Source: Lama glama (Eukaryota). Taken from it: a stretch of DNA of 64,000 nucleotides. Position numbers and translations under genes: made by a program. Below are positions 36,986 to 50,739 of this stretch, piece by piece (the stretch's first letter is position 1; the number at the start of each line of letters is the position of its first letter). The DNA lies in assembly GCA_028534125.1 (NCBI GenBank), contig CM052817.1, positions 11,038,001 to 11,102,000 on the forward strand, in the 5' to 3' direction. Under the pieces are notes generated by a model. That model made no database searches and had not been told where the DNA came from. It saw only the letters and a program-made list of their open reading frames with translations.

Positions 36986-39824
36986 TAACTAACCCCCTTG
37001 AGAAAAGCTCAATTCACAAATTTGGCAAACTTGTCTGAGCACCCAGTATATGGAGTTACAGCTCTGGTGTCATTTCAGACACGCAAGAGATGCGGGAAGA
37101 CGTGAAAAATGTGAAAGTTGTTCACATTATTTATCTCCTAGAGGGGTTACTAAGATATTCATGTTTTCATCTGGAAATAATTTGCAGCCAAATCCTGCTA
37201 GGCAAGAATGTGGGTCCTAAATGCAAACACATAGCCTGCAGTCTTCCTACAGATCTAGCCTGTCGGTTTCACTAGCCCCCATCCCTCAGTCACACCCCAC
37301 ATACACACCAGCACTCCAAACTGCCCAGGTTTAAACATCTTTTGCAACAGAATGTTAATCTCATATGTTCCCCAGGAGGATGGATTTTTGCACCTAGCAC
37401 GCTTGCGTTATAGGATAAGGCGGCTGTAATATTTGAAATACTGAACAACTAGACCTGCCTGGGCATGGAGCAATCAGAACACAGGCTGACAATCGAAAAC
37501 TCGACATTCAAATACAAGTCTCAGGGCAGAGTGGGTGAAAAACTAGGGCTCCGGAGTCCAGAGAAAGCTCAGGATTGGGGATTGGGGGCACCCCAGTGGA
37601 TTGACAATGAGAGGCCTGCAAGAGACTTCTAGCTGTTCCTCAACACCTCCATCACTCATTCAGTCATCAGCTGTCAGCAAGCACAGATAATTGCATGCCT
37701 CTCCATCACTATATTTTTATAGGTTTCTGATCATTGCAACTTCAAGTTAATCCATTGCTTCATTAGATGTGCTAATTTCTTAAATCAGAGCATAGCCAAG
37801 TACGCCAAAGCCTTTGGCCCTAAGTCCCTTCCTGTCTGCAAGGTTACCATGAGTAAGTATTCCAAACACAATTAAGGCCATGCATGTTGCACAGGCTGTG
37901 TTTCAAATAACCAGAATCCAGTGATCCCAAAAAAGTGTTCTAAACCAATTCAAAACTTTACTCACACCCTTGAGGGAAAGGCCAAGAAGGCCAGTGCATT
38001 CTCCATGAACAGCAGAATATTTTAATTTTCCTTCGAGTAGAATTTTCTTTTGGTCAGTCTCCCTTCTCGTGCTCTCTCTCTCCCTCACCCAGCAATGGCC
38101 TCCAGGAAAATTCTCTCTCTGACAGTGACGCCTAGAAACTTTCTTCTTTAGCTCCAGCCATCCCTCTCCCTACCACGACTGAGTCCAAGGGGCTCTTCCT
38201 TCCTTTGCCCAAAGTTTCTCAGTCATCACAGAGGCTCAGAGACCTTTCCCTCTCACCCCTCCCTCCCATCAGTCACACTGCCTCTGGCTCCCCCTACACC
38301 ACAACAGCAACCACCAAGAGGGCGGAAGTCATGGCTGAAGGGTAACTTCCTCCCACCGAGAAAACAGGGGGTCCCAACTCACTCTCACACCCTATAGACG
38401 AGAGCTTGTGAAGCCTCCATTTTTTTGCAAAAAGGGAGACTCTCTGGTGAAAGGAATGTTCTACCTGCTTGCACATGTCTCCAGTTCAGACCAATTTTCA
38501 TTGTTTTCCCAGTGTTTCTCATCCCCAATCTTTGGAGACACCTTATTTTTGAACCTGAGTCACCCTTAGGCAACCCCTGCCAGGAGGCCTTCTCACCAGG
38601 CCCAGCCATGTGGCCTTAGCTGAGTCACACGCCCTGCTGAGTTGGGAGGATCTCCTCAAGGTACCAGATTAATCCACTGCTTCTATTTCCTTCCCTTTTC
38701 ATCTGAGCTCTAGAAGAACAAAAGACCTCAGAAGACCACGCTTTGTCTTGTCTGGTTCAAGAAGCCCTGACTTAAGATTTGGGAAACAGGAGCTCCGGCC
38801 ATGACCCACCAATCACAAACTGGGTGAGTCTGAACCCATCAGCTCCTTTCTCTGGGGTCTCAGTTTGAAGATCTTGGACTAGACAGAGGGCTTTTCAGCA
38901 GAAGGAAGAGCGAAGTTTAAGCAGATGGCTTTTTTCATTTTTATTTGTTTATTGGGATTGATCATATGATTGACTGCACTTGGGTAAGAAGAAATCCAGT
39001 GGCTAAAAAATTTGAAAAACACTGACTTAGATGATATCTCCAAGGTCCTTCCAGCTCTAATTACCCAAAAGACTATGATTTTCTCCACTGACCTCCATTT
39101 GTAGAGGAAGTCTGCAGTGAGCAATATATTTTTTTCATTTTTCAAATCAATCAGAGAACAGCAAGCATTTGCAATTGAACTTCCTTAAGCACTCTAATTG
39201 GAAGACGTCTTAGGGAAAAATCATTACCCTAGATCGTGGGTTAAATAATGGATGCCATTTCCTCTCTGACAGTGCTGACCTCCCTGCTCAACCTCTCTAG
39301 GGGTGGGCATTTTTAAGTGGCCTTGGTCCTCTGGGCTTCAACAAAACCACTGGCACCACCCTGAGGACCAATGGCCTGTGCTATGGCCACAAAATAATCA
39401 TGGGAGAATAAAGTCTTTCTCATGAGAAAATAAAATTCCGTAGACCATCTGTAAATAGAGGCAGGCAGTAACTAAAGGGGGAGGCTGGGGGATGAGAGGA
39501 GACATGGTGCTTACCAATTGAGGTTGAAGGTAATTTAGAGGCATGCAGCCAGCCCACAGTACCTCCTCCCTCCATCCCCCTACTCACCCTGGACTTTTCT
39601 GTTCTCTGTTCCTTCTGCTGTCTTCAACTGAGCCACCTTGTCTCCCACCAGCAGTTCGGACATCAGGAAATACCAAAATTCAGGAAATGCTTAAGGTTTT
39701 TTGTGGTAAAATTATAAAAGCAAAAATAGGTAAGCGTTCTGAAGGTCCAAAAAAAGCAATTTTAAAGATAACTTTGGCTCTCCTTTTAAATTATGTTTAT
39801 AATGAAAAAGAATTTAAAAATGAA

Positions 39825-40268
39825 AAAGCCATAAAAAAGAATAAAATAACACCATTTGCAGCAACATGGATGGGCCTGGAGAATGTTATACTAAGTGAAG
39901 TAAGCCAGAAGAAGAAAGAAAAACACCATATGAGATCTCTTATACATGGAATCTAAAACAATGAAACAAATGAACTTATTTACAAAACAGAAACTGACTC
40001 ACAGACATAGAAAACAAACTTATGGTTACCAGGAAGGAAAGGGATGGGGAGGAATAAATTGGGGGATCAGGATTTGCAGATACTAACTGCTATATATAAA
40101 ATAGACATACAACAAGTTCCTTCTGTATAGCACAGAAAACTATATTCAATACCTTGTAATAGCCTAAATAAGAAAAGGAAAATATATATATAACTGAATT
40201 ATTACGTGGTATATCAGAAATTAATACAACATTGTAAATTGACTATACTTCAATAAAAAAATAATAAA
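39825..40268 (+). mobile_element. Lineage-type L1 3' end
   Basis: AIKKNKITPFAATWMGLENVILSEVSQ is the ORF2 C-terminus; gactatacttcaataaaaaa end. Confidence 0.9.
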
Positions 40269-40269
40269 A

Positions 40270-41092
40270 TGGCACATTCACTGTAGAAAACAGTATGACA
40301 GTTCCTCAAAGAATTAAAAATAGAATTACACGTGATCGAGCAATTTCACTTCTTGGTATAAACTCAATAGAACTGAAAGTAAAGACTCAAACATATATTG
40401 GTACACCAGTGTTCACAGTAGCACTATTCACAATAACCAAAAAATGAAGCAATCCAAACATCCATCAATAGATAAGTGGATAAACAAAATTTCACATATA
40501 TATACACAGAGAGATGTATATATACACATTAGAGTATTAATTCTTAAAAATTAATAAACTTAGATGAACCTTGAAAATATTATGCTAAATGAAATAAGCA
40601 AGACCCAAAAGGATCTGAAATATTGTGATTCCACTTACATGAGGTACCTAGAGTAGTCAAATTCATAGAGACAGCAAGTAGAATGGTGGTTGCCAGGGAC
40701 TCGGGGGAGAAGAGACTCGGGGGAGAGGGGACTGGGGAGTCACTGTTTAATAGATAGAGAGTCTCAGTTTGGGGGGATGGGTAGCCTCAGTCCTGGAACT
40801 GGATAGTGGTGATGTCTGCACTACAATGTGAATGTACTTAATGCCACTGAATTATATACTTTAAATGGTTAGTAGGGGGAAGGGTATAGCTCAAGTGGTA
40901 GAACACATGCTTAGCATGCATGAGGTCCTCGGTTCAATGCCCAGTACCTCCTCTAAAAATATATAATCCTAATTATTTCCCCCACAACCACCAAAATAAA
41001 ATAATTAAATAATACAATAATAAATATTTAAAATAAATAAAATGGTTAAAATGGCAAGTTTTGTCTTATGTATATTTAACCACAATTAAAAA
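40270..41092 (+). mobile_element. L1MB-like 3' end (hosts a SINE)
   Basis: gttcctcaaagaattaaaaatagaattac...ccacttacatgaggtacctagagtagtcaaattcatagagacag. Confidence 0.85.
40872..41039 (+). mobile_element. tRNA-Ala-derived camelid SINE inserted in an L1MB-like 3' end
   Basis: gggtatagctcaagtggtagaacacatgcttagcatgcatgaggtcctcggttcaatgcccagtacctcc plus AT-rich tail; TSD aaatggtta at 40863-40871 and 41040-41048. Confidence 0.9.
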
Positions 41093-41129
41093 GTTACAGT
41101 AATTTAAAAAATCATTATCCAGAGATTAT

Positions 41130-42600
41130 CCATAGATGGGGGCAGCACAGCATGGGGTGCCTAAGCCCAGGCTGAGTGAGGACCTCCACGCAGGGCTGGA
41201 GGGAGGAGAGGCAGCAGCCTGACGCAGGTGTGTGAGCCTGCAGGGCAAGGAAGGCATCTGACCAGCGGAAGGGGCAGCTACAGCCTTGGGGACGGATTGC
41301 GTACTGGGTGACTGACTGAGTAAGTAAATATATTAGGGATAATATATTTCACTGCCTCAGAAAGAACTTATTTATACACGTTAAAAGGAAGAAAACAAGA
41401 ATGAACTTTGCATTGTCGGTTTGGAACTGACGGTATCATTATGAATGTATGGTTTGCAGTAAATAGGTAGGTAGGCAGGTAGACAGAGATAGATAAATAG
41501 GTAGCTATAGATACATAGATGTAAAAGTGAACGTATGAGAGAGTATGTTTATGTCTGTAGACATAGGCCACCTTTTCCTGTGCACTGAGAGTGTTCCAAA
41601 ACAGCACTATCCCTCCTAACAGTGAGAAGGCCACCTCGTGTCCAGGTCTAGCTTTCTATTTGTCATTTTTCAGTAAAAGGAATCAGGGCTCCTTGAAGAA
41701 GATTCTAGGACTGGAGGAAGAAAAGTACAAGATGAATGGGGAAATGCTCCAACACTGATGTGAACACGTCAAAGGACACAAGAATCAGCTGGAAGGGATG
41801 CCACTGGCTGAATCTGGGAAATTTTAGCATTAAACAAAATGATAGTTATAGATTATCCCCATTAAATAAAACAAGAAACCATAAGTCCATCTGATATAAA
41901 TAGATGGGAAGAACTAGAGAGTGAGTGAGAAGAGTTCGGTGAGGAATGGGATATACACACAGTTTCAAAGTACTTCCCCATCAAGTGCTTATTAATAACC
42001 AAAGGAAAAGCAGCAACGTTCCAGTGGAGGAGCCAGGCCGACAGCACATTAATCAGGTGGTCAAGGTGGGCATCGTCAGCTTTGGAGGGAACTGAAATTC
42101 TATGCCACTTGCTAGGGTGCAATGACAGCATAGCACCACTTTTGTGATATTCCTGCCAAAAAATTATAACTTGCATCTAACCATAAGGAAATATCGACAA
42201 AACCCAAACCGAGGGACATTACATGAAATAAGTGCCTTAATCTTTAAAAGTGTAAAGGTCACAAAAGTCAGGACTGAACAACTGTTTCAGACTGACAACC
42301 AAGGGCAATGCATGATTTTGAACTAGCTGGATCTATCTCTATTGGCAAAATTCAAGTGGGGTCTAAGGATTAAATGCAATACACTAATATGATTGTCCTG
42401 TCTTCCATTATTGTATTGCAGTTATGTGAGAAAATGTCCTAATTTGCAGGAAATAAACACTAAAGGATTTGGAGGTGGTGGAGCATTGGTGGCAACTGTC
42501 TCTCAAACAGCTCAGGGAAGGGGAAGCTCTTTGTCCTGTACTTGCAACATTTCTGTAGGTTTGAGACTTTTCAATGCTGAAAACTGTTTTACAAAATAAT
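41130..42600 (+). mobile_element. L1MC-like 3' UTR
   Basis: gtttcaaagtacttcccc...attcctgccaaaaaattataacttgcatctaaccataaggaaa. Confidence 0.7.
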
Positions 42601-42829
42601 ACTGGCTAATTCATGATATATGTTAAATGAAAAAGTAGGAGATAAAATCGTGCATACTTGAAGAGTTAAACTTTCTTAAAAAGAGATATGCACAGAAAAG
42701 TCTTAAAATGAAAGTAGTACACCCAAAATAGAGCAGTTGACTATAACTGAATTATACATAAGGCTTTTCTTTACTTTATTTTATGGTTCAAATATCTATA
42801 AGAAGCATGCATTTTTAATAAATAATATG

Positions 42830-43830
42830 TCTCTTTCTTCTGCAGAATTTAGTATTTTTCGTTTGCTTTGATGTTCTGGTTTCCTGTGGTATGGCTATGA
42901 GTTGTTTTATTTACATTTTTTAAAACTCTGAGGATTCCATTATACCTTATAGCTTTCTTCAAATCTGAAAAGTTCTGCATCATTTTACCTCAAAGAGGTA
43001 CCCCTTCTTCGTTATATCTAGTCTAACTTTCTGACACTCTTGTTATTTTAATCATTTTAATCTATCTTTCCTTTCTAATAATTTCTCTTTCATATCTGTG
43101 TTCCGTTTTGCTCATTTACTGAGCTCTAGCTTTCACTTCATTACTTATTTCTTCAAATATCTTAGTCTATCATTTAATGTGTCTTTTTTTTCTCATTTCA
43201 ATTATTGCTTACTTATTTATTGAATTTCTATTTGGTTCTTCCTCAAATTCACCTGTTCTTTTGCCATGATGCCCTGTTTTTACCTAATGGTTTCTATCCT
43301 TTCCTTTATCTCTTCGAAGATTATAAATGTACTTATTTGAAAGTTTTTCTTACATTGCTTTATTATCTACAGTTTCTAGGGTATGACTTTTACCATTTCT
43401 TGCATCTTCTGACTCTGACTCTGACTCAGCAGTTCACTTGTAATTTGGGGGTGTGATGCCATCTTCAGCAGGAATTGGCTTCCATCGGAGGGCCCTATTC
43501 TCCCCAGGCACAGTTCCTTGCCCAAACACTAGCTTCTCCCTGTGTATACCTGGCCATGGGGATGGCCACTGCCTGAATCCCTGCCCTACACTCCTAGAGC
43601 CCACCCTCCCCCTGTCATGACTCTGAAACTGAACACCACACAACTCTAGGATTACCAGGACCTTTGTTCCACATATCTGAAGCTCCCAGCTGCCCTGGAG
43701 GTGCTGTAGTAGAACACAGTTTCACAGTCAACTCCCAGCTTCATCTCTCTCCCTGTCATGAGAGAGCACTTAAAACTCTTCCTTGACCTCCAGGGTGCTG
43801 AGTTTTGCTGACATGCATGCTTGGACTTCC
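42830..43830 (-). mobile_element. Old antisense L1 5'/ORF1 fragment
   Basis: T-rich degenerate sequence typical of antisense old L1. Confidence 0.5.
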
Positions 43831-44084
43831 TTTCTTGCCTAAACCTGTTCCTTGTGGTGTGCAAAAGCTCAAGCGAGGTGGGGTCCTTCCCATTCTGCCC
43901 ATGCCTCTGCAGCAAACCCTCCACTCACTCCTGCATCAGCCACAATCCTCAAAGACATAAGCACCTGGCCATAGTCATCCACCTGACCAAGGCTCTCCAT
44001 CCTGTATGCTGAGCCCCAGAACACCCTCATTTTCCTCATTTGGCACCAACTCACTTGAAGGCAAAGACTTCGAGTTGCAAACAC

Positions 44085-44260
44085 AAGGGTAAGCACTTTA
44101 TATACCTCATCTCAGTCAATGTTTACAGTTCTAGAAGGTAGATTTTATTATATCATTTTACAGGTAAGGAAACTAAGACTCAGAGAGGTACAGTCACTCA
44201 GAGATGTCACATAGCCTGAAGATGTCAAAGTCAGGACTCCAGCCCAGGACAGTGCCTTTG
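44085..44260 (-). mobile_element. MIR SINE
   Basis: cattttacaggtaaggaaactaagactcagagagg. Confidence 0.85.
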
Positions 44261-45261
44261 GGTCCACCGTTCTCTTGGACCTCATGGACTTTACCTTTTG
44301 AACGTGAGCCAGGTGCATCTCCCTCTCTACAAATTAGGATGCGCATCTCTAGCTTTCTTTTAAACTACTCCGCTGAACCCTTCAGGAATTGACATCTCAA
44401 ATTTCTGAGTATCAGCCACCAGGGATATGCAATCTTTATTAAATTAGCAAATGGCCAACAGAATAAAAGCTATATTAAAGTGGTTCATAATGGACTTTCG
44501 TTTTTCCTAATGCGGTTTTGTGTTGTGTCCCTTCCTGAAGAAAGCCTGTGTCGGGGTAAGAGGTGACCAGACTCACTCACATTTTTCCCAGGAAGCAGCA
44601 CTTAATCCAATAAAATTTCAAACCTGTCAGAGAGTTTGTCTGAGGGCTGCTTCCTGGAAGAATTTTTTAAAGTTCTATTTACATTAAAATAACTGCCGCC
44701 CCAACTCTCAAGGCCACTTTTTATTGTTACTGACCGGGAGCAGGAGATACATTCCAACAGGAAGAAATCAGAATGAATTTGAGTGAAGCTAAGCCTTCCA
44801 CCTTTCCACTTTCCCTCAGGGAAGGAAAAAATGAAGCTGTCTTTTTACTTCCACCATTGCCAAATTTGAATATGTGCCCCGACATCTTAGCCTCATGCAT
44901 ATTAACAAAGAATCCTGCAAGAGGCATCTTAGATCCTCTATTCCTACCACCTTCCTGACATAAAATGAAATTCATTATATTGGGTATTATTCACTGGAAG
45001 CTAGAACCATCTCACACATTTAAAAGAATGAAATCCCCACCATCACAAACACTTTTTTTCCTCATTCATTTTCCAAATTTCACTGCAGTTCTTACTCCTT
45101 AGACTTGAATAAAGGCAAATATAATTTCTCAACTTTACCTCCATCTTTGGGCTGGTCACATGTCCAGGACTGGTCTACATGTCATGAGAAGTCACTCATC
45201 AATTATGCCCTTGCTACAGGCACCTGCAGGTTCTCAATACGTGTTAGGCTGGCTCCCTCTT

Positions 45262-46150
45262 TTTCTTTTTACACAATTGCTTTTACTGTAACAAAGCAAC
45301 TTGTACACTTTTAATGTTTAAAACTGAGCATCATTTTCCCTTTCCAGTGAAACAAAAAGAAAAATTTTTAAATAAATAGGAGCAAAATTACAATAGAGAA
45401 TGTCAATTGCAAATTAGATCCTGCAGGTTCTGCTGATTCTCCCATCAAGTGGCAGGGCTCAAGCCACCACTAGGAGAGAATTTTATTTTAAAAGTGGCAT
45501 CTTAAACTGCAACAACGTCCATTAAACACCATAATTAAATATGCCAAAGTTGAAGCCATGTGTCAAAATGCCCACTTAACCCACCCAAACAGCTCAAACC
45601 CACCCTTTGTTGACCTTCTATAACCCCATTTTTTCTAGGTTTTTTTTTGTCTTTTTTTAAACAAGAGAAAGTAGACAGGTACATGTTGGTAAATCCTAAC
45701 TGTTCATATTTATATAGAGACACAGTGTAATCTCTGAACCTAATTAATACACAGAGAAAAGAGGGAAAAAGCTAGAATTCTATGCACTACTGCACAGGGG
45801 CCTAGCACCCTCCAGCTTCCAGCAGAGCTAAGGGAGCAGAAGGCTTTTCTTTTTTCCCACAGAGCATGGTGGTGTTGATTCCATAAAGTTTTTGTTGAGG
45901 CAGGAAGGGATAAAAATGAATTTGGAACAGAAAGAGGTAGAGATTCTTTTCCCGTTAAATTCTGCTTAAGGTATTTCCCCAAAAAACAAGTTTAGAACCA
46001 TGGTAAAAGGGAGAAGAGAGACCTCAAAAACAGGGCAGCTGAGCACAAGAGGAGGAAAACAATAAATAAAAAGACTGCAATTTGCTCCCAGGGACTGGAG
46101 AAAATTAAAAAAAAAAAAAAGATTAGAATCCATCAGTATTCCATTAGTCA
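45262..46150 (-). pseudogene. SET: Processed (retrotransposed) copy of SET mRNA, 5'-truncated, 3' UTR only
   Basis: Minus strand reads TGACTAATGGAATACTGATGGATTCTAATCTTTT...AATTTTCTCCAGTCCCTGGGAGCAAATTGCAGTC...GCTCTGCTGGAAGCTGGAGGGTGCTAGGCCCCTGTG...GATGCTCAGTTTTAAACATTAAAAGTGTACAAGTTGCTTTGTTAC. I recognise this as the SET stop codon region (GATGACTAA) plus 3' UTR. AGTAAA at 45287-45282, decayed poly(A) at 45262-45270, TSD aggctggctc(c/t)ctctt at 45246-45261 and 46151-46166. Confidence 0.9.
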
Positions 46151-46521
46151 AGGCTGGCTCTCTCTTGACTTCAGCCCTTAACACTGCCACTCTTCCTGCC
46201 TAAAGCAGGACTTCCCACTTTCCTCCTTCCAATTCTCATTAGCTAATGCCTGCTCACCCTACAAATGGCAACTCAAGCCTCACCTACTCCAGGGAGCCTT
46301 CCCAGAGCTCCCTTCCTGCTCCTGATGAGGTAAACTGTGTCCCCACAGCCCCTGTGATTCCCTCCCCAGTGGCACGCAGTAGGCACACAGTGACGAGAAT
46401 GGCTGCTCTGGGTTCAACAAATATAACTTCCCTTCTCTCAAATTCTCTGGTTGGAAAAGTAGCCTTGAGTAACTGAAACCATGCTCTTCAGGAGAGTTGT
46501 AAATGAGATGAACAAGGCATG

Positions 46522-47670
46522 GGAAACTTCTGCACAGCAAAGGAAACCATCAACAAAATGAAAAGGCAACCTACTAAATGCGAGAAATTATTTGCAAATC
46601 ACATATCTGATCAGGGGTTAAAATCCACTGTATATGTTTAAAAACTCATACAATTCAATAGCAAAAAAAAATCCTATTTAAAAATAGACAGAGGATCTGA
46701 AGAGACATTTGTTCAAAAAAGATATCCAAATCGCCAACAGGTACATGAAAATGTGCTCAACATCACTTATAATCAGGGAAATGCAAAACAAACCACAATG
46801 AGCTATCACCTCACACCTCTTAGAATGGCTATTATCAATAAGATAAGAAATATGAGTATTGGTAGGTATATGGAGAAAAGGGAATCTTGTGCACTGTTGG
46901 TGGAAATGTAAGTTGGTGTAGCCACTACAAACTACTGTATGGAGGTTTCTCCAAAACTTAAAAGTAGAACTACCATATAAGCCAGCAGTTCCACTGCTGA
47001 GTATTTATCTGAAGGAAATAAATATTTCCTGAAGGAAATGAATATTAACTGGAAAAGATATATGAACCCCCATGTCCATTGCAGCATTATATACAATAAT
47101 CAAGACATGGAAGCAACCTAAGTGTCCATCGATGAAAGAATGAATTTTTTTAAATGTGGTAGATAGACAGATAGTGGAATATTATTCAGGCACAAAAAAG
47201 GAAATCTTGTCATTTGTAATGATATGAATAGAACTTAAAGGCATTATACTAAGTGAGAGAAGTCAGGTAGAGAAAGACAAATACCATATAATCTCACTTA
47301 TATGTGGAACCTAAAAATATTAAAAACACCAAACTCATAGATACAGAGAGATTGGTGATTGCTAGAGGTAGGGAGTAGGCAAAATGGTTGGGGGTCAAAA
47401 GATACAGACTACCAGCTATAAAATAAGTAAGTCATGGGTATGTAATATACAGCACAGTGACTACAGTTAATAATACTGTATTGCATACTTGAAAGTTAAG
47501 AGAGTAAATCTTAAAAATTTTCATCACAAGAAAGAAAATTGTAACTACGTTTGATGATGGATGTTAACTAGATTTATTGTGGTGATCATTTTGCAATATA
47601 TACAAATATTGAATCACTATGTTGTACACCTGAAACTAATTTTATGTGTCTATTATATCTCAATTTTTTA
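46522..47670 (+). mobile_element. L1MA-like 3' 1.15 kb
   Basis: aacttctgcacagcaaaggaaaccatcaacaaaatg...ttgaatcactatgttgtacacctgaaactaat. Confidence 0.9.
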
Positions 47671-47714
47671 AGAGACATAGGAAGGAGGTGAATCCTCCAT
47701 CCAAGTCTAAAACT

Positions 47715-47945
47715 ACATTACTGAGCACTTGCTGGATGCCAGGGCTTGTGCTAATGATGCTTAATACACTATCTTATTAAATCTTCACACAATGATAGGA
47801 GGTAAATGTATTTATACCCTTTTTACATGAGGGAACAGAAGGTCAGCAAAGTTAAGAACCTGCCCCAAGCAGTGATGGGGCTGGGCCCAAGCCCAGGTCT
47901 CACTCCAAAAACCACACACATTTCCTGCATCTGACTGCCTCTGCA
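47715..47945 (-). mobile_element. MIR SINE
   Basis: ctgagcacttgctggatgccagg...ttttacatgagggaacagaagg. Confidence 0.75.
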
Positions 47946-49849
47946 TAGCCTTTAGTCCAAATGGTTCCTGCTTTCCTGTCACCACAAAGATATGACTTCC
48001 CTACACATACTACTCCTGTAACGTGTTTGCTATGCTATTTAAGATATTCAGTCCTGCTAGGTAAAATCAGAAACACAAGCAAGGAGAATAAATGAAACTA
48101 AGTTTAGAAGCAAATGTGAGACACAGGCAGAATCCATTAGGTGTGTGAAGTATATACAAATAAGTTGGTTATATATGGAGACACGTTGGCACAGATGAAG
48201 TAAGCAGAGCATGTGTGTGCTGAACATGAAAAGGGATGAAAGATCAAGAGGCATCAAATATTCGTGACTCGCTAAATATGCAGGAGGCACCTGAGGTTCC
48301 AAAGCCTCATAATCCATTCGGTATACATGAGGTGCTCAGCATTCCTGAAGCTTTAACTCAGACACCCACTGGTGACTCCCATTCTGGCCCCACGAGTCCT
48401 CTGCCAAATAAAGCCCTAGCTGCTCATCAGGGTAACTGGTGAGCTACAGTCATGGGGCAGACGAAAATGTCCTTGCATCTCTCCAACAGAGCAAACACAC
48501 TGTGTTGGCTCCAGGCACCTTTCATTTGTCAAGCTCCCTCTTCAGCCTCCTCTGTTCCTTGTAACAATTCCACCAGCAGGGAAGGCTGATGAAGCAGACA
48601 GAGATGGGACATGGGGCACCACGTAAACCAGGGTTCAAGCGATGTGGTCCTTCTCCCCTTCTTGCTCCCTGTCCTAAGCACATCACTATCCACCTTGTTC
48701 CTCTTGCTTTGCATTACATGTTTTAAATTCCTACACTAAACCACGTGATTCAACTATCTTCACTTGGTTGTTGAGCCTTTCTGTTAAAAGAGCTTTGTGG
48801 CAGCCTCCTTTAGAGTTAGCACTGTAGCAAGATAATTTCCCGTGGGACACCTCAGGGCCATTCTTTTGTCTCCTCAAAGGATGCCTTTGACACCGTGGTA
48901 TAAGAAAGCAAGCAATGGATTTGGAGTTAGGCTCCTGGATTTCAGCATTGCCTCAGCCGCTATCCATCTCTTAAAGCTTCCATTCTCTCCAGATCTGTCA
49001 AGTGAGAATGATAATCCTTCTCTCACAGGGTTGTTGCCAAGATTAAATGATGATGGAATTTGTTAAAAATACTTTGTAAACCATGTAACCCATATGACTT
49101 TTTCTGTGACACTCAGATAAAGTGTGTTTCTTATTTTATATCTCAGCGTTGTTGGGAATTCTAATCCCAGTCTTTGGGTGACCAGCTTACCCTCACTTGG
49201 ACATATGAGGGTCCCAGGGCTTTAGCAGGAAACCCGGGGAGGTGCCTCAGGTCCTCAGGTCCTGGTGGAGGCCCCTGGCATTCTCACTCTCTAAACCAGC
49301 ATGGTATGATGGGAGGTGGTCAGCTCTGCTGCTCAGAGCACTCACTCCCTCGGCACCAGACTCAAGTCTTGGACCTTTGCTGAGACCGGGTCCAGGCTGC
49401 GGGCTGGGTGTCAGTACCCTTGCACCCATGCAGTCCCTCTGCTGGAGGTCTTGCCAACTGCGTCCTGTCTAGGGGACGGAGCATAGAACTGTCACCTCTC
49501 CATCCACCAGATCCAACTCTCCCTGGGGTGGAGAGTTGGATCTTCCCTCCAATACCCTGAACATCGTCCCCACCCTCACCCAACACAGCTTCACTACCTG
49601 GTGTTGGAGGTCAACTCTCCCTTGGGACAATAAGTCAAAGATGCACAAAATCCTGGGTCAGGAGGAGGGTCACGGAACATAATGGAGCATAATGGTCAAC
49701 AGCAGGGGCAGGTCCCTGCCCTGGCTCTGTCACTGTATGACCTCAGGCAAGTTACTATTTAACTTTTCTGTGCCTCAATATCAGTCAAATGGGTTTAATA
49801 GTAAACTCATCTCATAGAATTGTTATGAAGATTAGACAGATTTTTTTTT

Positions 49850-50200
49850 AATGCTTGGAATTGGGAGGGGGAGGATGAATAGGCAGAGAACTAAAGATTT
49901 TTATGGCAGTAAAAAAACTGATAGCATGGTGATGAATGCAAGTCATTATAGATTGCCCAAACCCAAAGAACGTACAACACCAAGAATGAGCCCCGTTGTA
50001 AAGTACAGACTTTGGATGATTATGATGTGTCAATGTGGGTTCATCAGATATAACAAAAGTACCACTTTGATTGGGGGGTGTTGATAAGGGAGGGAGAATT
50101 TAAGGGCAGGGGAGCAGGAAATATATGTGAAATCTCTGTACCTTCACTTCAATTTTGCTGTGAGCCTAAAACTGCTCTTAAAAAATAAAATCTTAATAAA
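49850..50200 (+). mobile_element. L1MC-like 3' end inserted into a MIR (49680-49840 and 50215-50290)
   Basis: gatgaataggcagagaact...gtacaacaccaagaatgagccc...cctaaaactgctcttaaaaaataaa. Confidence 0.85.
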
Positions 50201-50739
50201 TGTTTTTAAATTAACAAACTCTTGGAACAATGCCCAGCATAAAGTATGCATTCAGAGATAGCCATTATTTTATTTATTATTATTATTATTTACCTCTCTA
50301 TACTGGAAGAAAACAAGGCAGGTTATAAAACACAATTCATTTCTTTTTTAAGGTATAATTTACATCAATAAAATGCACAACCCTTAACTGCACTAGGAGA
50401 ACATCAGGGTCATGGCAGACATTTCTAACTCCCCAGAAAGATCCCCCTTGTCCTTTTTCCAGTCAACACGCCTCCCACCCAGATAACACTATTCTGACTT
50501 TATCGGCATAAATTAGTTTTGCCTCTTCTTGAATTTAATGCATCATTTCTAAGCCAGGTTATCCTGCCACGCGATAAGAGGCTTCTCAGAGGCTGATTTC
50601 CTGCGGTCATGTGTCTCCACTGGATATACTCAGAGAAGCGATGTGGGAGAATGGGGTAGGGGTGCTCAGGTGACTTGCAGGGCCCCCGCCCTCCCATCCA
50701 CACCCCCTGCCCCTGGCTTCACCCTGCCGGGCAAGAACA

